A DNA stretch of 64,000 nt from assembly GCA_964016885.1 (NCBI GenBank), contig OZ024740.1, forward strand, positions 419,802,001 to 419,866,000, written 5' to 3'. Positions 50,974-61,572 of this stretch are shown piece after piece (the first letter of the stretch is position 1; each line of letters opens with the position of its first letter). Origin of the DNA: Eledone cirrhosa (taxonomy: Eukaryota). The notes under the pieces are model-generated. The model had not been told where the DNA came from. It searched no databases and was given only the letters and a program-made list of their open reading frames with translations. The position numbers were made by a program, and so were the translations under genes.

Positions 50974-52509
50974 CATGCTAGCGTGGAAGAACGGACGTAA
51001 AACGGTGATGATGATATGCATGCAATGAACTAACTATAAGAATATACATATACAGCTACACACATATATATATATATATATATTTATATGCATTGAACTA
51101 ACTATAAGTATAATTATTTCTATAAGATACTGTGTGGTAGGTAAGTTAGAGGGACCAAAATACTGAATAGATACTTAAAAGGTAATTTGTTGTATCAAAT
51201 TACTGTAAATAATTCACAGCAGTTAATTCTACTTTTCCTGAGTTACTGATTCCACATCCACCTTCACCTAAATCCTCTTCATACACTTACCATTCCTCTT
51301 CATACACTTACCGTTCCTCTTCTTCTTCCCCTCTTATCATCCTTAATATATCTTTCTTTCTCACACACTTTTTTTTTTTTTCCCCCTAATCCTTCTTCCC
51401 TAGGATTTCATCTCTCTAGATCTTATACATATCCCATCATTAATCTGTGACATCCAGTTTCTGTGGCATTAAATTGATGAGAAATGGAAGTACCCTCTGG
51501 ATAAGATGCTTGTCTATCATCAGTAACTTTCTTTTTGCTAGATAAATTGAATGCAACACTGCAAAGCAATAACAATCATTGGTCAATTCAACTGCAGCTT
51601 GTACTTGTGGTAGTATGCAGTAACTACGAAGCTCTTCAGAGCCAGATTCAGTCCTTTTGAGGCCATATATGTTTAACCTTTTAGCATTTAAACCAGCCAT
51701 ATCAGGCAATTCTCTCACCTCTTTCTGTTCAAACCAGCCGTAATTGGCCACTCATACCAATGTTAAGGTATCGTTCTCAAAATAAATAACATCAAAATCT
51801 CATAGCTTTGATATTATGTGAAATAATTATGTGAGATAAATCCTTTACCATGAAAATACAACAGTAAATATAAAGTAATGTAAATCTAAAGGGTTAAAAG
51901 ATTATGGCGTATGTGTCCATATATAAAGTATGACAAATACTATTAATTTGCATAAAATTGTGCCCCCTTCCCTTGATGCCTTTAGAATCTGCTTAATTTG
52001 CATAATAGTTAATAACTTCCCAGTTATTTATTTCTGTCTTCTAATTGGAAGGATAAGATATATTAACCCTTTAGCATTTAAACCGGTCATATCCGGCCAG
52101 AACTCTCTCACCTCTTTCTGTTCAAACTGGCTCAACTGGCCATTTATACTGATGTTAAGGTATTGTTCTCAAAAGAAATGATATCAAAACCTCATAGATG
52201 CAATATTATGTGAGATAAAGTGTTTACAGTGAAAATACAATAGTATATATAGAGTAATGTAAATGCTTAAGGGTTAATATATTATCTCTTATTTCAAAGA
52301 ATTCTCCTCCCAATGATGGAATTGTAATTTTTTCAATATTGATTATTCCAATGTCTTGGAATGGTCAATGTTGTTTTTTTTTAATCCCAGAAACCATGGT
52401 CAGGGAACTCTGAGTAAAACCAACTTATTTTAGTCAGTCTAGCTTATATTCCCCCCCCCCCAATAGAGGGGGTTAAGTTTTAATTATATATATATATAAT
52501 TATATATAT

Positions 52510-52815
52510 ATATCACATAAGAAATGGAGAATCAGTGGTGCAACGAATAAAATTTATTAGACATATTATTTGGAAACAGTGCTTCGAAGAATCGAGACGT
52601 ATCTGAGGACCTTGCGATTTCAGAGTCAGGTTCGAGCATTGCATCGATCATGCCTCGAGCTGGTCGCCAGAGAAACGATTGTAATATGTCTAATAAATTT
52701 TATTCGTCGCACCACTGATTCTCCTTTTATTATGTGATATCATACTCTGCTCTGTAAAAACATTAAGTGATCAAACGGCCTACCGCTTACGGATGCTTTA
52801 AGCATCCCACACCAA
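52510..52815 (+). mobile_element. Hairpin (Penelope-like / retrozyme-like) element in (TA)n
   Basis: ~58-bp inverted arms (52510-52568 / 52682-52740) enclosing a hammerhead motif; (TA)n on both sides. Confidence 0.7.
52595..52691 (+). ncRNA. Candidate type I hammerhead ribozyme with extended stem II
   Basis: Stem I AGACGUAU/AUAUGUCU (8 bp, one G:U), CUGAGGA at 52603-52609, ~60-nt nested stem II, GAAAC-GAUU-GUA, predicted cleavage after 52683. Confidence 0.7.
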
Positions 52816-52850
52816 TTATATATATATATATATATATATATATTTTTTTT

Positions 52851-53165
52851 CATTTTACGTCCCCTTTTTCCTTGCTTGCAAGGGTGGGACAGGAACTGAT
52901 TCTGGCTTGATTTCTACAGCTGGATGCCCTTCCTAACACCAACCTCATTTACAGTGAGTGCTGGGTGCTTTTTTGCCGTGGCGCCTCCACGACCACTTTT
53001 CAGTGGAATGATAGGGACCCCAGTCCCTATCATCTCATTTCTACAGCTGAGTAAACTAGAGCAATGTGAAATAAAGTGTCTTGCTCAAGGACACAACTCG
53101 ATCCGAGAATCGAACTCACAACCCTTTGATTGCAAGTCCAATGCTTTAACCACTAAGCCATATAT
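52851..53165 (-). mobile_element. CORE-type tRNA SINE with RTE tail
   Basis: Reverse complement of the 1718-2060 family. Confidence 0.85.
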
Positions 53166-53168
53166 CTT

Positions 53169-53207
<39 letters not shown>

Positions 53208-53667
53208 TGTGTGTGTATGTGTTTTTATATTTCTGAGTTGAAAATCCCAACTGATAAGAATCAACAGAAATATTATAGCTAGGTACAGTTAAATCTATCT
53301 CACCTTTCTTAATGTTTACCTCAGCAATACATTGATTAAATATCACGAGCTGTTGAACAGTTTGGGATTTCTTTCTTTCTTCTATTGAATACTTCTGGTC
53401 ATCAATATGAACTCAATACACATCTGTCGCAGGAGGTCAGGAAATAATTTATATTTTTGATATTTTATTTGTTACCTGAAATAATCTAAAATCTCAAATC
53501 CTGGGCCTTCTCACTCCTGTTGCAGGACCCTGTTTGACCTCCACCACTTCCTATCTATGGTCACATTGGGCCATATTGGGCCAAGGTATCAGGCCAGATC
53601 ATCACCCCATCTGGCCTTTGGCTGCCCTCTGGTTCTTCTCTACTGCCTTGGTGTCCACTCTGTCATT

Positions 53668-54475
53668 CTAATAGTCCACCTGTTGTCTCTGAGACGAGAG
53701 ACATGGTCAGCCTAGATGTCCACTCCACCACACTAATAGTCCACCTGTTGTCTCTGAGACGAGAGACACGGTCAGCCTAGATGTCCACTCCACCACACTA
53801 ATAGTCCACCTGTTGTCTCTGAGACGAGAGACATGGTCAGCCTAGATGTCCACTCCACCACACTAATAGTCCACCTGTTGTCTCTGAGACGAGAGACATG
53901 GTCAGCCTAGATGTCCACTCCACCACACTAATAGTCCACCTGTTGTCTCTGAGACGAGAGACATGGTCAGCCTAGATGTCCACTCCACCACACTAATAGT
54001 CCACCTGTTGTCTCTGAGACGAGAGACATGGTCAGCCTAGATGTCCACTCCACCACACTAATAGTCCACCTGTTGTCTCTGAGACGAGAGACATGGTCAG
54101 CCTAGATGTCCACTCCACCACACTAATAGTCCACCTGTTGTTTCTGAGACGAGAGACATGGTCAGCCTAGATGTCCACTCTGTCACACTAATAGTCCACC
54201 TGTTGTCTCTGAGACGAGAGACATGGTCAGCCTAGATGTCCACTCCACCACACTAATAGTCCACCTGTTGTTTCTGAGACGAGAGGTGTGGCCACCCCAG
54301 GTGTCCACTCTGTCACTCCAATAGTCCACCTGTTATCTCTGACATGAGAGACATGACCAGTCCAGATGTCTAATAGTCCATCTGTTATCTCTGAAACAAG
54401 AGACCTGGTCAACCCAAGTGTCCACCCCAATAGTCCACCTGGTGTCTCTGAAACGAGAGACGTGTCCAGCCCACC
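53668..54475. repeat. Minisatellite, 65-bp unit, ~10 copies plus decayed units, inside an RTE-like LINE relic (~53540-54480, -)
   Basis: taatagtccacctgttgtctctgagacgagagacatggtcagcctagatgtccactccaccacac; minus strand reads GHVS..RDNRWT..VTEW.P. Confidence 0.9.
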
Positions 54476-56690
54476 TATGTTTGCCTTTAGTAAATTACAT
54501 TTTAATGCAACTCTCAGCAAATACTTCTAAGTAGTAGCTTGCAATATGTGCTGTTTAGTTAGACCCTAAAACTGTGAAACAGCGAACCATTTGGTTAATC
54601 CAAGAAAATCATTATATGACAACTAAGCAGTTCAATGAATGCTGTCCAGCTGTTGCAGTTTCTTCATCTGTGTTTATTTTAGAATCTGATTAAGTATAAT
54701 AGAAGTAGAAGGCTTTAAAAGAAAACAATGAGAAAGGTGATGTTGAGACGAAATCTGATTAAAGAAAACACTAGGCTCTCTTACTTTTTAAAAGGTTTTT
54801 TGTTCTTTTCTTTTGTTTGGTTTTTTTGTTGTTGTTATCACAAAAGCCACTGCATTAGTAAGGGTTTATCTTAATAAAAAATCTATTCTTGGCTAAGAAA
54901 AATTTCAAACAAATTTTTAGTTATTGTGACTGAGAATATAATGTTGGTGTTTGTGATTAGCTACAGTATGGCTGATGTGATCAAGAGGATTTAATAGTAA
55001 TAAGTTACATTAGTATTGTTTGAAGCTCAGAATTAAGAAATGTTTGGTGTGGGGGATTGTAAATCATAGCTTAATTTCTATTGTTAAATTAGCTTATTAT
55101 TTGCTTTCTGTTTTAAGTGTTGGAATGACAGCAGTACTATCAGTATTTATTATAAGTTATTCATAAATCTTTAATCTTCACAGGTCTATCTTGACTCTAT
55201 CTATACTTTTTGTAGATATGTCCTATAATATATTCTATTTCTTCGTCTTTGTTAACCAACTCTGTGTGTATATCATTGATACCAACCCAGCCAAAACCAG
55301 CTCTGGTTCTATGAAACAAAACTACCCATTTTAACCCTTTAGCATTTAAACCGGCCGTATCCAGCCAGAATTCTCTCACTCCATTCTGTTCAAACCAGCC
55401 ACTCATACTCAGGTATTGTTCTCAAAATAAATAATATCAAAATCAAATAAATTTGATATTATGTGAGATAAAGTGTTTACCACGAAAATGCAATAGTATA
55501 TATAGAGTAATGCAAATGTTAAAGTGTTAAAGGTTTCCAATTTAAATTAAAATCTTCCAACATATCTTAGTAATGAAATAATTAATAATTTTAGTAACTC
55601 CCTCAAAATTTTTCATTAATCAATTAAAATAGAGGGTATTTCATTAGAAAAGATTAGATATGTATAATGTGAAATTCAAAAGAATCATTATTTTTCTTAT
55701 TTACCATTTTGGCATGGGTAGAACATACAATAAATAGTCATTTAAATACCTCAACACCTAATACTGGCACTAGTATTGCTCTGTATTGGTTCCTATTATA
55801 CTGTTTTAGTTCATGCTTTGGTTGCTGTTTTACAACCTTCTAATGTCACTGTTATCAGTTTAACATCTGCTTTTCCTAATTAACAATAATATATCACCAC
55901 TCTTATCCTGCCCCTAAGTCACTTGTCAAATATAGCAACTGATCAAATTATTTCAATCCAAATCTACCTATTTTTTATTTCTGTGTTTGAGATATCAGGC
56001 CATCTTTAATACATCATTGATTCTACACATCTTATCTTAGATTAGAAGACTGCAAATAACAGAAACAAACAAATAAAAGTAATGTTTGTGCTGAATATAG
56101 CAGGGGCCTCAAACTGAAGGACTTAAAAGGGGTCATTACATCTTTGAGAAGAGGCACAGCAGGCCAAAAGTGAGAGGGTGGGCATGGTTTCTACCAAATA
56201 TAATATTAATATGTTCTACAGTTAATAAGCTGCTATTTATTTATTACATCAAAATAAATACACATATGATAGTAAGTGTGAATTAGTACAAAATTTAGTG
56301 GGGGACATTTACTGTTTTAAATTTTCCTTAATTTCATTTTGGTAAATTCCCTTCATTTCATGGGTAAAACAATAAATTGTATTATGAATATTATCAAAAC
56401 AGAGACAAACTCACTATCTTCAATTCGGTATTGGTGCCAACAGTTACCTATGGTCATGAAACTTGGGTAATGACCAAAAGAATATATTAATAATAATAAT
56501 TGTTTCTACTTTTGGCACAAGACCAACAAATACCCAGTGCATTACTGGTACTTTATTTCATCGACCCCGTAAGGATGAAAGGCAAAGTTAACCTCGGCGG
56601 GATTTGAACTCAGAATGGCAAGGGCTGTAACTCTATGCATCGAAGCATGACATCCGACCCTCTACCAATACTGCCAATCCACCGCCCTCA

Positions 56691-56903
56691 TAATAATAAT
56701 AATGAAATTATTGTGTACAGTGCTCAGGTGCACTACAACTCATCAAAGGTGCATGTATAGTACATAGAATAATGTACAAATGTCAGGAAAGTGAACAGTG
56801 TATGAGTCATGATATACACACAGATACACACTCACACATACGCATGTGTGCGTGTGTATGGAGGTGGAATATCAGGTGTTATGTTGGCGAATTTCAGGAA
56901 GCA
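56691..56903 (-). mobile_element. 3' end of CR1-like LINE
   Basis: Matches 5158-5325. Confidence 0.7.
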
Positions 56904-57524
56904 GCCGAATGGGGTTCCTCCAAAGAATCTCTGGAGTAACATTACTCAATAGAGTGTGTAGCTTAGAGATGAGAGAGTCACTCAAGGTATATTAAAGAGG
57001 CGGGAAAGGTGTGAGTATAATACTCATGAAGTCTGAACATGGTATAAATACAAGATATGTTTGTTGTTTAACCTATAGTAGTAGAGATTTCTGGTATTCT
57101 TGGTCCCTAAACAACCTTAACACTGCTAATGGGACTGAGTTGATCTCATAGGAGTGAGCTCCACAAGTTGAAATAGTTATTTAATTGCGTATCCCTTGCT
57201 CTCTTCCAAGGTTACAATTTCTCCCTTCTGTCTACTAGGACCATGACCTGGCATGTACCTAGGGTTCTGCATGTCAAAGAGCATTCTCATATAGCAGTAG
57301 CGATGGTGATGATCTGTGTGGTGAATGTTTTAAATTTGCTACAATTTAAAGTCAGAACCAAGTTGAAGTTATATCCTACCATATAGATAACTTTGTCATC
57401 AGCTAAAATTTCAGCCTAACTAACCAAAGTGGAAACCATGTGCCTCAGGTTCTGTACATCAGAGAGTATTTCTCCACATTGTCCTGGTAATGTGGGGGCC
57501 TTAGTAGTATTCTTAGTTCTACTA

Positions 57525-57880
57525 GAAAGTGAGCGACTGACTGACAAACAGAGAGTGAGTGAGGGAGAGGGAGAGATAGACTGACAGTGAGTGAGTGAGC
57601 GGGAGAGACAGACTGACAGTGAGTGAGTGAGTGAGAGAGAGGGAGGGAGAGATAGACTGACAGTGAGTGAGAGAGAGAAAGCGAGACAGACTGACAGTGA
57701 GAGAGGGAGAGACAGACTGACAGTGAGTGAGAGAGAAACAGACTGACAGTGAGTGAGTGAGAGAGAGAAAGAGAGAGACAGACTGGCAGTGAGTGAGTGA
57801 GAGAGAGGGAGAGAGAGACTAATAGTGAGTGAGTGAAAGAGAGACTGACAGTGAGTGAGAGACAGAGAGTGGAGAGTGAA
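57525..57880. repeat. GA-rich compound repeat (gactgacagtgagtgagaga)n
   Basis: Direct reading. Confidence 0.85.
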
Positions 57881-58318
57881 TGAAATACAAGACATCTAAG
57901 AAAACTCAGTGGAAATGGGGAGTACTGAAGTGTTGTGTTGAACATCCTTTATATATATGTGTGTGTGTATCATCATCATCATCAACGTTTAACGTCCGTG
58001 TTCCACGCTTGCATGGGTTTGGACGGGGGTAGTCCCACTTGAGGCAAGAGTGATTGTCTTGCTCGCATAGGACTGTCTGGCAGGTTTTCTACAGTTGGAT
58101 GCCCTTCCTAACACCAACCACATTTACAGTGTGGGTCTGGGAGGTTTTTACCGTGTTGCCTACACGGCCACATTACAGCGTGGACTGTGTGTTTTTTTGT
58201 CGTGACACCTACACGATCTCATTTGTTTCGGCCTGGATGGCGCGGCACCAACATAACTTTACATAGAACGGGGTGGTGTGGATGGGGTGGGGGTGGTGGC
58301 GGGACGGGGTGTATTTTG

Positions 58319-61300
58319 TTAGAGATGCCTACTGGCAAGGCGGGTCTTCTCTGTTACTGAGTACCGCCAAAGGTCTCGGTCCAGTGACATTGTCTTGGAG
58401 AGGTGTAAGTGTGTGAGGTCGGAGTTTATCAGCTCATCCCATGTTTTTCTAGGTCTGCCTATTCCGTGGCTACCGTCTATCTTTATTGCCCTGCACTTTG
58501 TTATACAGCTATCGACTTTCATGCGCATCACGTGTCCATACCAACGCAGCCTTCTCTCGAGTAAACAACATCTGATCCCTCTTATCTCTAATTTTTTCCT
58601 TAGTTCGTTTATGCTTTGCCGTTCACGTATATTACTGTTACACATCCAGCGGAGCATGCAAGCTTCGTTCCTCTCTAGTCTGCGTATATCCTCTGCACAC
58701 AATGCCCAGGTCTCACTACCATGCAACATTGCTGTTCGTATGCAGGCATCGTACAACCTGCCTTTCATTTTTAGGGAGAACCCCTTAGCAGCTAATAGTG
58801 GTATAAGCTCTCTGAACTTTTTCCAACCAGTTCTGACTCTAGCTACAGTACTTTCAGAGCACCCTCCCCCACTGCTGATTTTATCGCCCAGGTAACGGAA
58901 GCTGTCCACTATTTCTATAGAACCCTCTGCGCAATTGAAAGAGCTAGTATTTTGTGGGCACTTGCTGCTACTTATTGCACCAGAACACCGGCCACATGTA
59001 AAATCTATGTTCTTAGTTAGCTTACCTGTGATCCCACTACATCTTTTATGCACCCATACTTTGCATTTAGGACATAAAATGGAGTTTCTACCTACGCCTT
59101 TCCTACACACCGAGCACGACCATTTCCCAGAAGGGACCGCCGCCTTGTTTTCTTTCCTACAAACTAGAACTTTGGTCTTAGCCAGGTTAATTTTAAGTCC
59201 TTTTGACTCTAGGCCGTGCTTCCATGTTTGGAATTTCTTCTCTAGCTCGGCCATTGATTCCGCTATGAGTGTCAGGTCGTCTGCGTATAGGAGTTCCCAT
59301 GGGCAGCCTGTCTTGAACTCCTCTGTTATAGCCTGAAGGGCAATAATAAATAGTAGGGGGCTGAGAACAGAGCCCTGATGGACGCCAACTTTTACGCTAA
59401 ACTCTTCACTATATTCGTTGTTAATTCTAACCTTGCTGACTGTTTCTTTATACATGGCTTGTATAGCCCTCACAAGCCATTCGTCAACGCCTAGTTTTCT
59501 AAGAGCCCACCAGATAATGGAGCGGGGGACTCTGTCGAAGGCTTTCTCCAGGTCGACAAAAGCTAAGTAGAGGGGTCTACCTTTAGCTAGGTACTTCTCC
59601 TGTAGTTGTCGTACTATGAAAAGGGCGTCTGTGGTGCTTTTGCCTGACACAAACCCGAACTGCATTTCATCTAGGTCAATTCTCTCTCTGATTATTTGCG
59701 CTATTACTTTTTCCGTGACCTTCATGACCTGGTCGATTAATTTAATGCCTCTATAGTTACTCCTATCTAGGGCGTCTCCTTTACCCTTATAACAGTTAAC
59801 GATGATGCTGCTATGCCAGTCCTTCGGAACAACCCCATTCTGTACGACTTGGTTAACTATGCGGGTGACCATGGTGTGTCCCACCGTGCCAGATGCCTTC
59901 AGCATCTCAGCAACTATTTCCGAAGGCCCAGCCGCCTTACCCGTCTTCATATCCTTGATTGCCTTACTTATTATACTCCCCTCGACTAACACTGCTGGTC
60001 CCTCTATCGGGTCGATATGGGGGAGACTGTCTTTCTCCCATTTATTCTCCTCATTTAGTAGCCTTTCATAGTGACACTTCCAAGCTACCTTCTTATCAGT
60101 GTCGGTGATGGCAAGTATGCCATCATCGTTAAGTACACACTTCTCCCCGACAATATCACGGTTTTCCTTGACGCATTGCCTGGCAATCCTGAACACCTCA
60201 CGTTTTTGGTCATCGCGTTGTAGAACATGCTTGAACTTTCTTTCCTCAGCTTCCCTTCTTGCTAAGTACACTTCTCTCCTAGCTTCCCTCATGGCCACTT
60301 GATAGTCTACTCTACTTCCCCCATCCCGCCATACTTTCCAAGCCTGCTTTTTGGCCTTAATTGACCCCTCCACCCTACTGTTCCACCACCAAGTTACTCT
60401 CCTCCTGCCTACAGGCCTGCTCCAGCCACAGACTTCGTCTGTCGCCAACAGCAGGTTTGCTTTCAGAAATTCCCACTGTCCCTCTATATTGTCCGATTCT
60501 AGATGCTCTTCCTTACTGTCGAAAGCATCAAGTAATATGCTTTGAAATTTATTTCTGGCTGTGGGGTCCTTTAGTTTCCATATTTTCCTCCTGAGGATAG
60601 TCCTCTTCTGCTGTCGAGTACGTCTCGTCCTGACTATGAGGTCGCTAATTATCAGTCTATGTTGGGAGGTGCATTCTTCATGGGGGAGGGATTTAGTGTT
60701 TACAACAGACACTCTGTCACGTCTTCTGGTAAGGATATAATCTACCTGGCTTGTGTGTTCCCCTGATCTATAGGTGATCAGGTGATTGTCACGTTTTTTG
60801 AAGTTAGTGTTACAGATAGTTAGGTTATTTGCATCACAGAATTCCAGGATTCTGGAGCCTCCCTCATTTCTAGTACCAAACACATAGCCTCCATGGATTT
60901 CGTCGTAGCCGTCACAATGTTGTCCAACGTGACCATTTAGGTCGCCTGCAATAATTATATAGTCACTGTCAGATATTTGGGAGGTAGTTAGCAACAGTGT
61001 CTCATAGAATCTGTCTTTTATAGTGCCGGGCAGTCCGGATTGGGGTGCGTACGCAGATATTACTGTCACCGTAGTTTTATTGAGGACAAGTCTTATTTTA
61101 ATTATTCTGTCGTTCACTCTATTTACGTCTATTATCTTATCTGCCCACTTTTCTGCTACCATGATTCCTACTCCACCCAGCCCATCGTCGTTTCCCATCC
61201 AGAAAAGCTTATAACATCGTTTTTTACCCTCAATGAATCTAGCAGACCCACCCCTCCACCTGGTCTCTTGAATACAACAAACATCGACCTCCTTACGTTC

Positions 61301-61423
61301 AAGCATTTCTACAACCTCGTTAGCGCGACCCTTTAGGGTGCCCACATTTATGGTACCAACTCTGAAGTTTTGGGTTGCGTTTGGAGGGTGGGGTGGTGGG
61401 GGGCGGGGGGAGATAGGGTTACG
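58319..61423 (-). CDS. RTE polyprotein: AP endonuclease, reverse transcriptase, C4HC3 PHD-like finger
   Basis: Frame open from 61423; EN motifs GTINVGTL, CIQETRW, SAYAPQ, GDLNGH, VDYIL, SQHRL; RT motifs NYRGI, QFGF, DLEKAFD, QGSVLSP, YADD, FRYLG. Confidence 0.95.
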   Translation of the reverse strand, partial: RNPISPRPPPPHPPNATQNFRVGTINVGTLKGRANEVVEMLERKEVDVCCIQETRWRGGSARFIEGKKRCYKLFWMGNDDGLGGVGIMVAEKWADKIIDVNRVNDRIIKIRLVLNKTTVTVISAYAPQSGLPGTIKDRFYETLLLTTSQISDSDYIIIAGDLNGHVGQHCDGYDEIHGGYVFGTRNEGGSRILEFCDANNLTICNTNFKKRDNHLITYRSGEHTSQVDYILTRRRDRVSVVNTKSLPHEECTSQHRLIISDLIVRTRRTRQQKRTILRRKIWKLKDPTARNKFQSILLDAFDSKEEHLESDNIEGQWEFLKANLLLATDEVCGWSRPVGRRRVTWWWNSRVEGSIKAKKQAWKVWRDGGSRVDYQVAMREARREVYLARREAEERKFKHVLQRDDQKREVFRIARQCVKENRDIVGEKCVLNDDGILAITDTDKKVAWKCHYERLLNEENKWEKDSLPHIDPIEGPAVLVEGSIISKAIKDMKTGKAAGPSEIVAEMLKASGTVGHTMVTRIVNQVVQNGVVPKDWHSSIIVNCYKGKGDALDRSNYRGIKLIDQVMKVTEKVIAQIIRERIDLDEMQFGFVSGKSTTDALFIVRQLQEKYLAKGRPLYLAFVDLEKAFDRVPRSIIWWALRKLGVDEWLVRAIQAMYKETVSKVRINNEYSEEFSVKVGVHQGSVLSPLLFIIALQAITEEFKTGCPWELLYADDLTLIAESMAELEKKFQTWKHGLESKGLKINLAKTKVLVCRKENKAAVPSGKWSCSVCRKGVGRNSILCPKCKVWVHKRCSGITGKLTKNIDFTCGRCSGAISSSKCPQNTSSFNCAEGSIEIVDSFRYLGDKISSGGGCSESTVARVRTGWKKFRELIPLLAAKGFSLKMKGRLYDACIRTAMLHGSETWALCAEDIRRLERNEACMLRWMCNSNIRERQSINELRKKLEIRGIRCCLLERRLRWYGHVMRMKVDSCITKCRAIKIDGSHGIGRPRKTWDELINSDLTHLHLSKTMSLDRDLWRYSVTEKTRLASRHL

Positions 61424-61572
61424 TTAGCCATCCGCGGACGAAACAAAGAGGAGTGCTCGCATTCTCGTCCACGAGGTGAATTTGACTTTAACTTTGGCAT
61501 TTTCGCTCTGGGCGTCCAGATTTTTCTCTCCCTTCCACTCTCCAGGATTCCGCAGTCCATCCATCCAACCAT
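61348..61572 (-). CDS. Short upstream ORF overlapping the RTE polyprotein frame (possible ORF1)
   Basis: Contains ATGs and overlaps the first ~75 nt of the pol frame, which lacks its own ATG before the first EN motif. Confidence 0.45.
   Translation of the reverse strand: MVGWMDCGILESGRERKIWTPRAKMPKLKSNSPRGRECEHSSLFRPRMANVTLSPPAPHHPTLQTQPKTSELVP

Noticed and set aside
58395-61336. Several plus-strand ORFs over the RTE (and minus-strand ones over 42437-43975)
   Set aside because: Antisense shadows of the RT ORF; they recur only because the copies are near-identical
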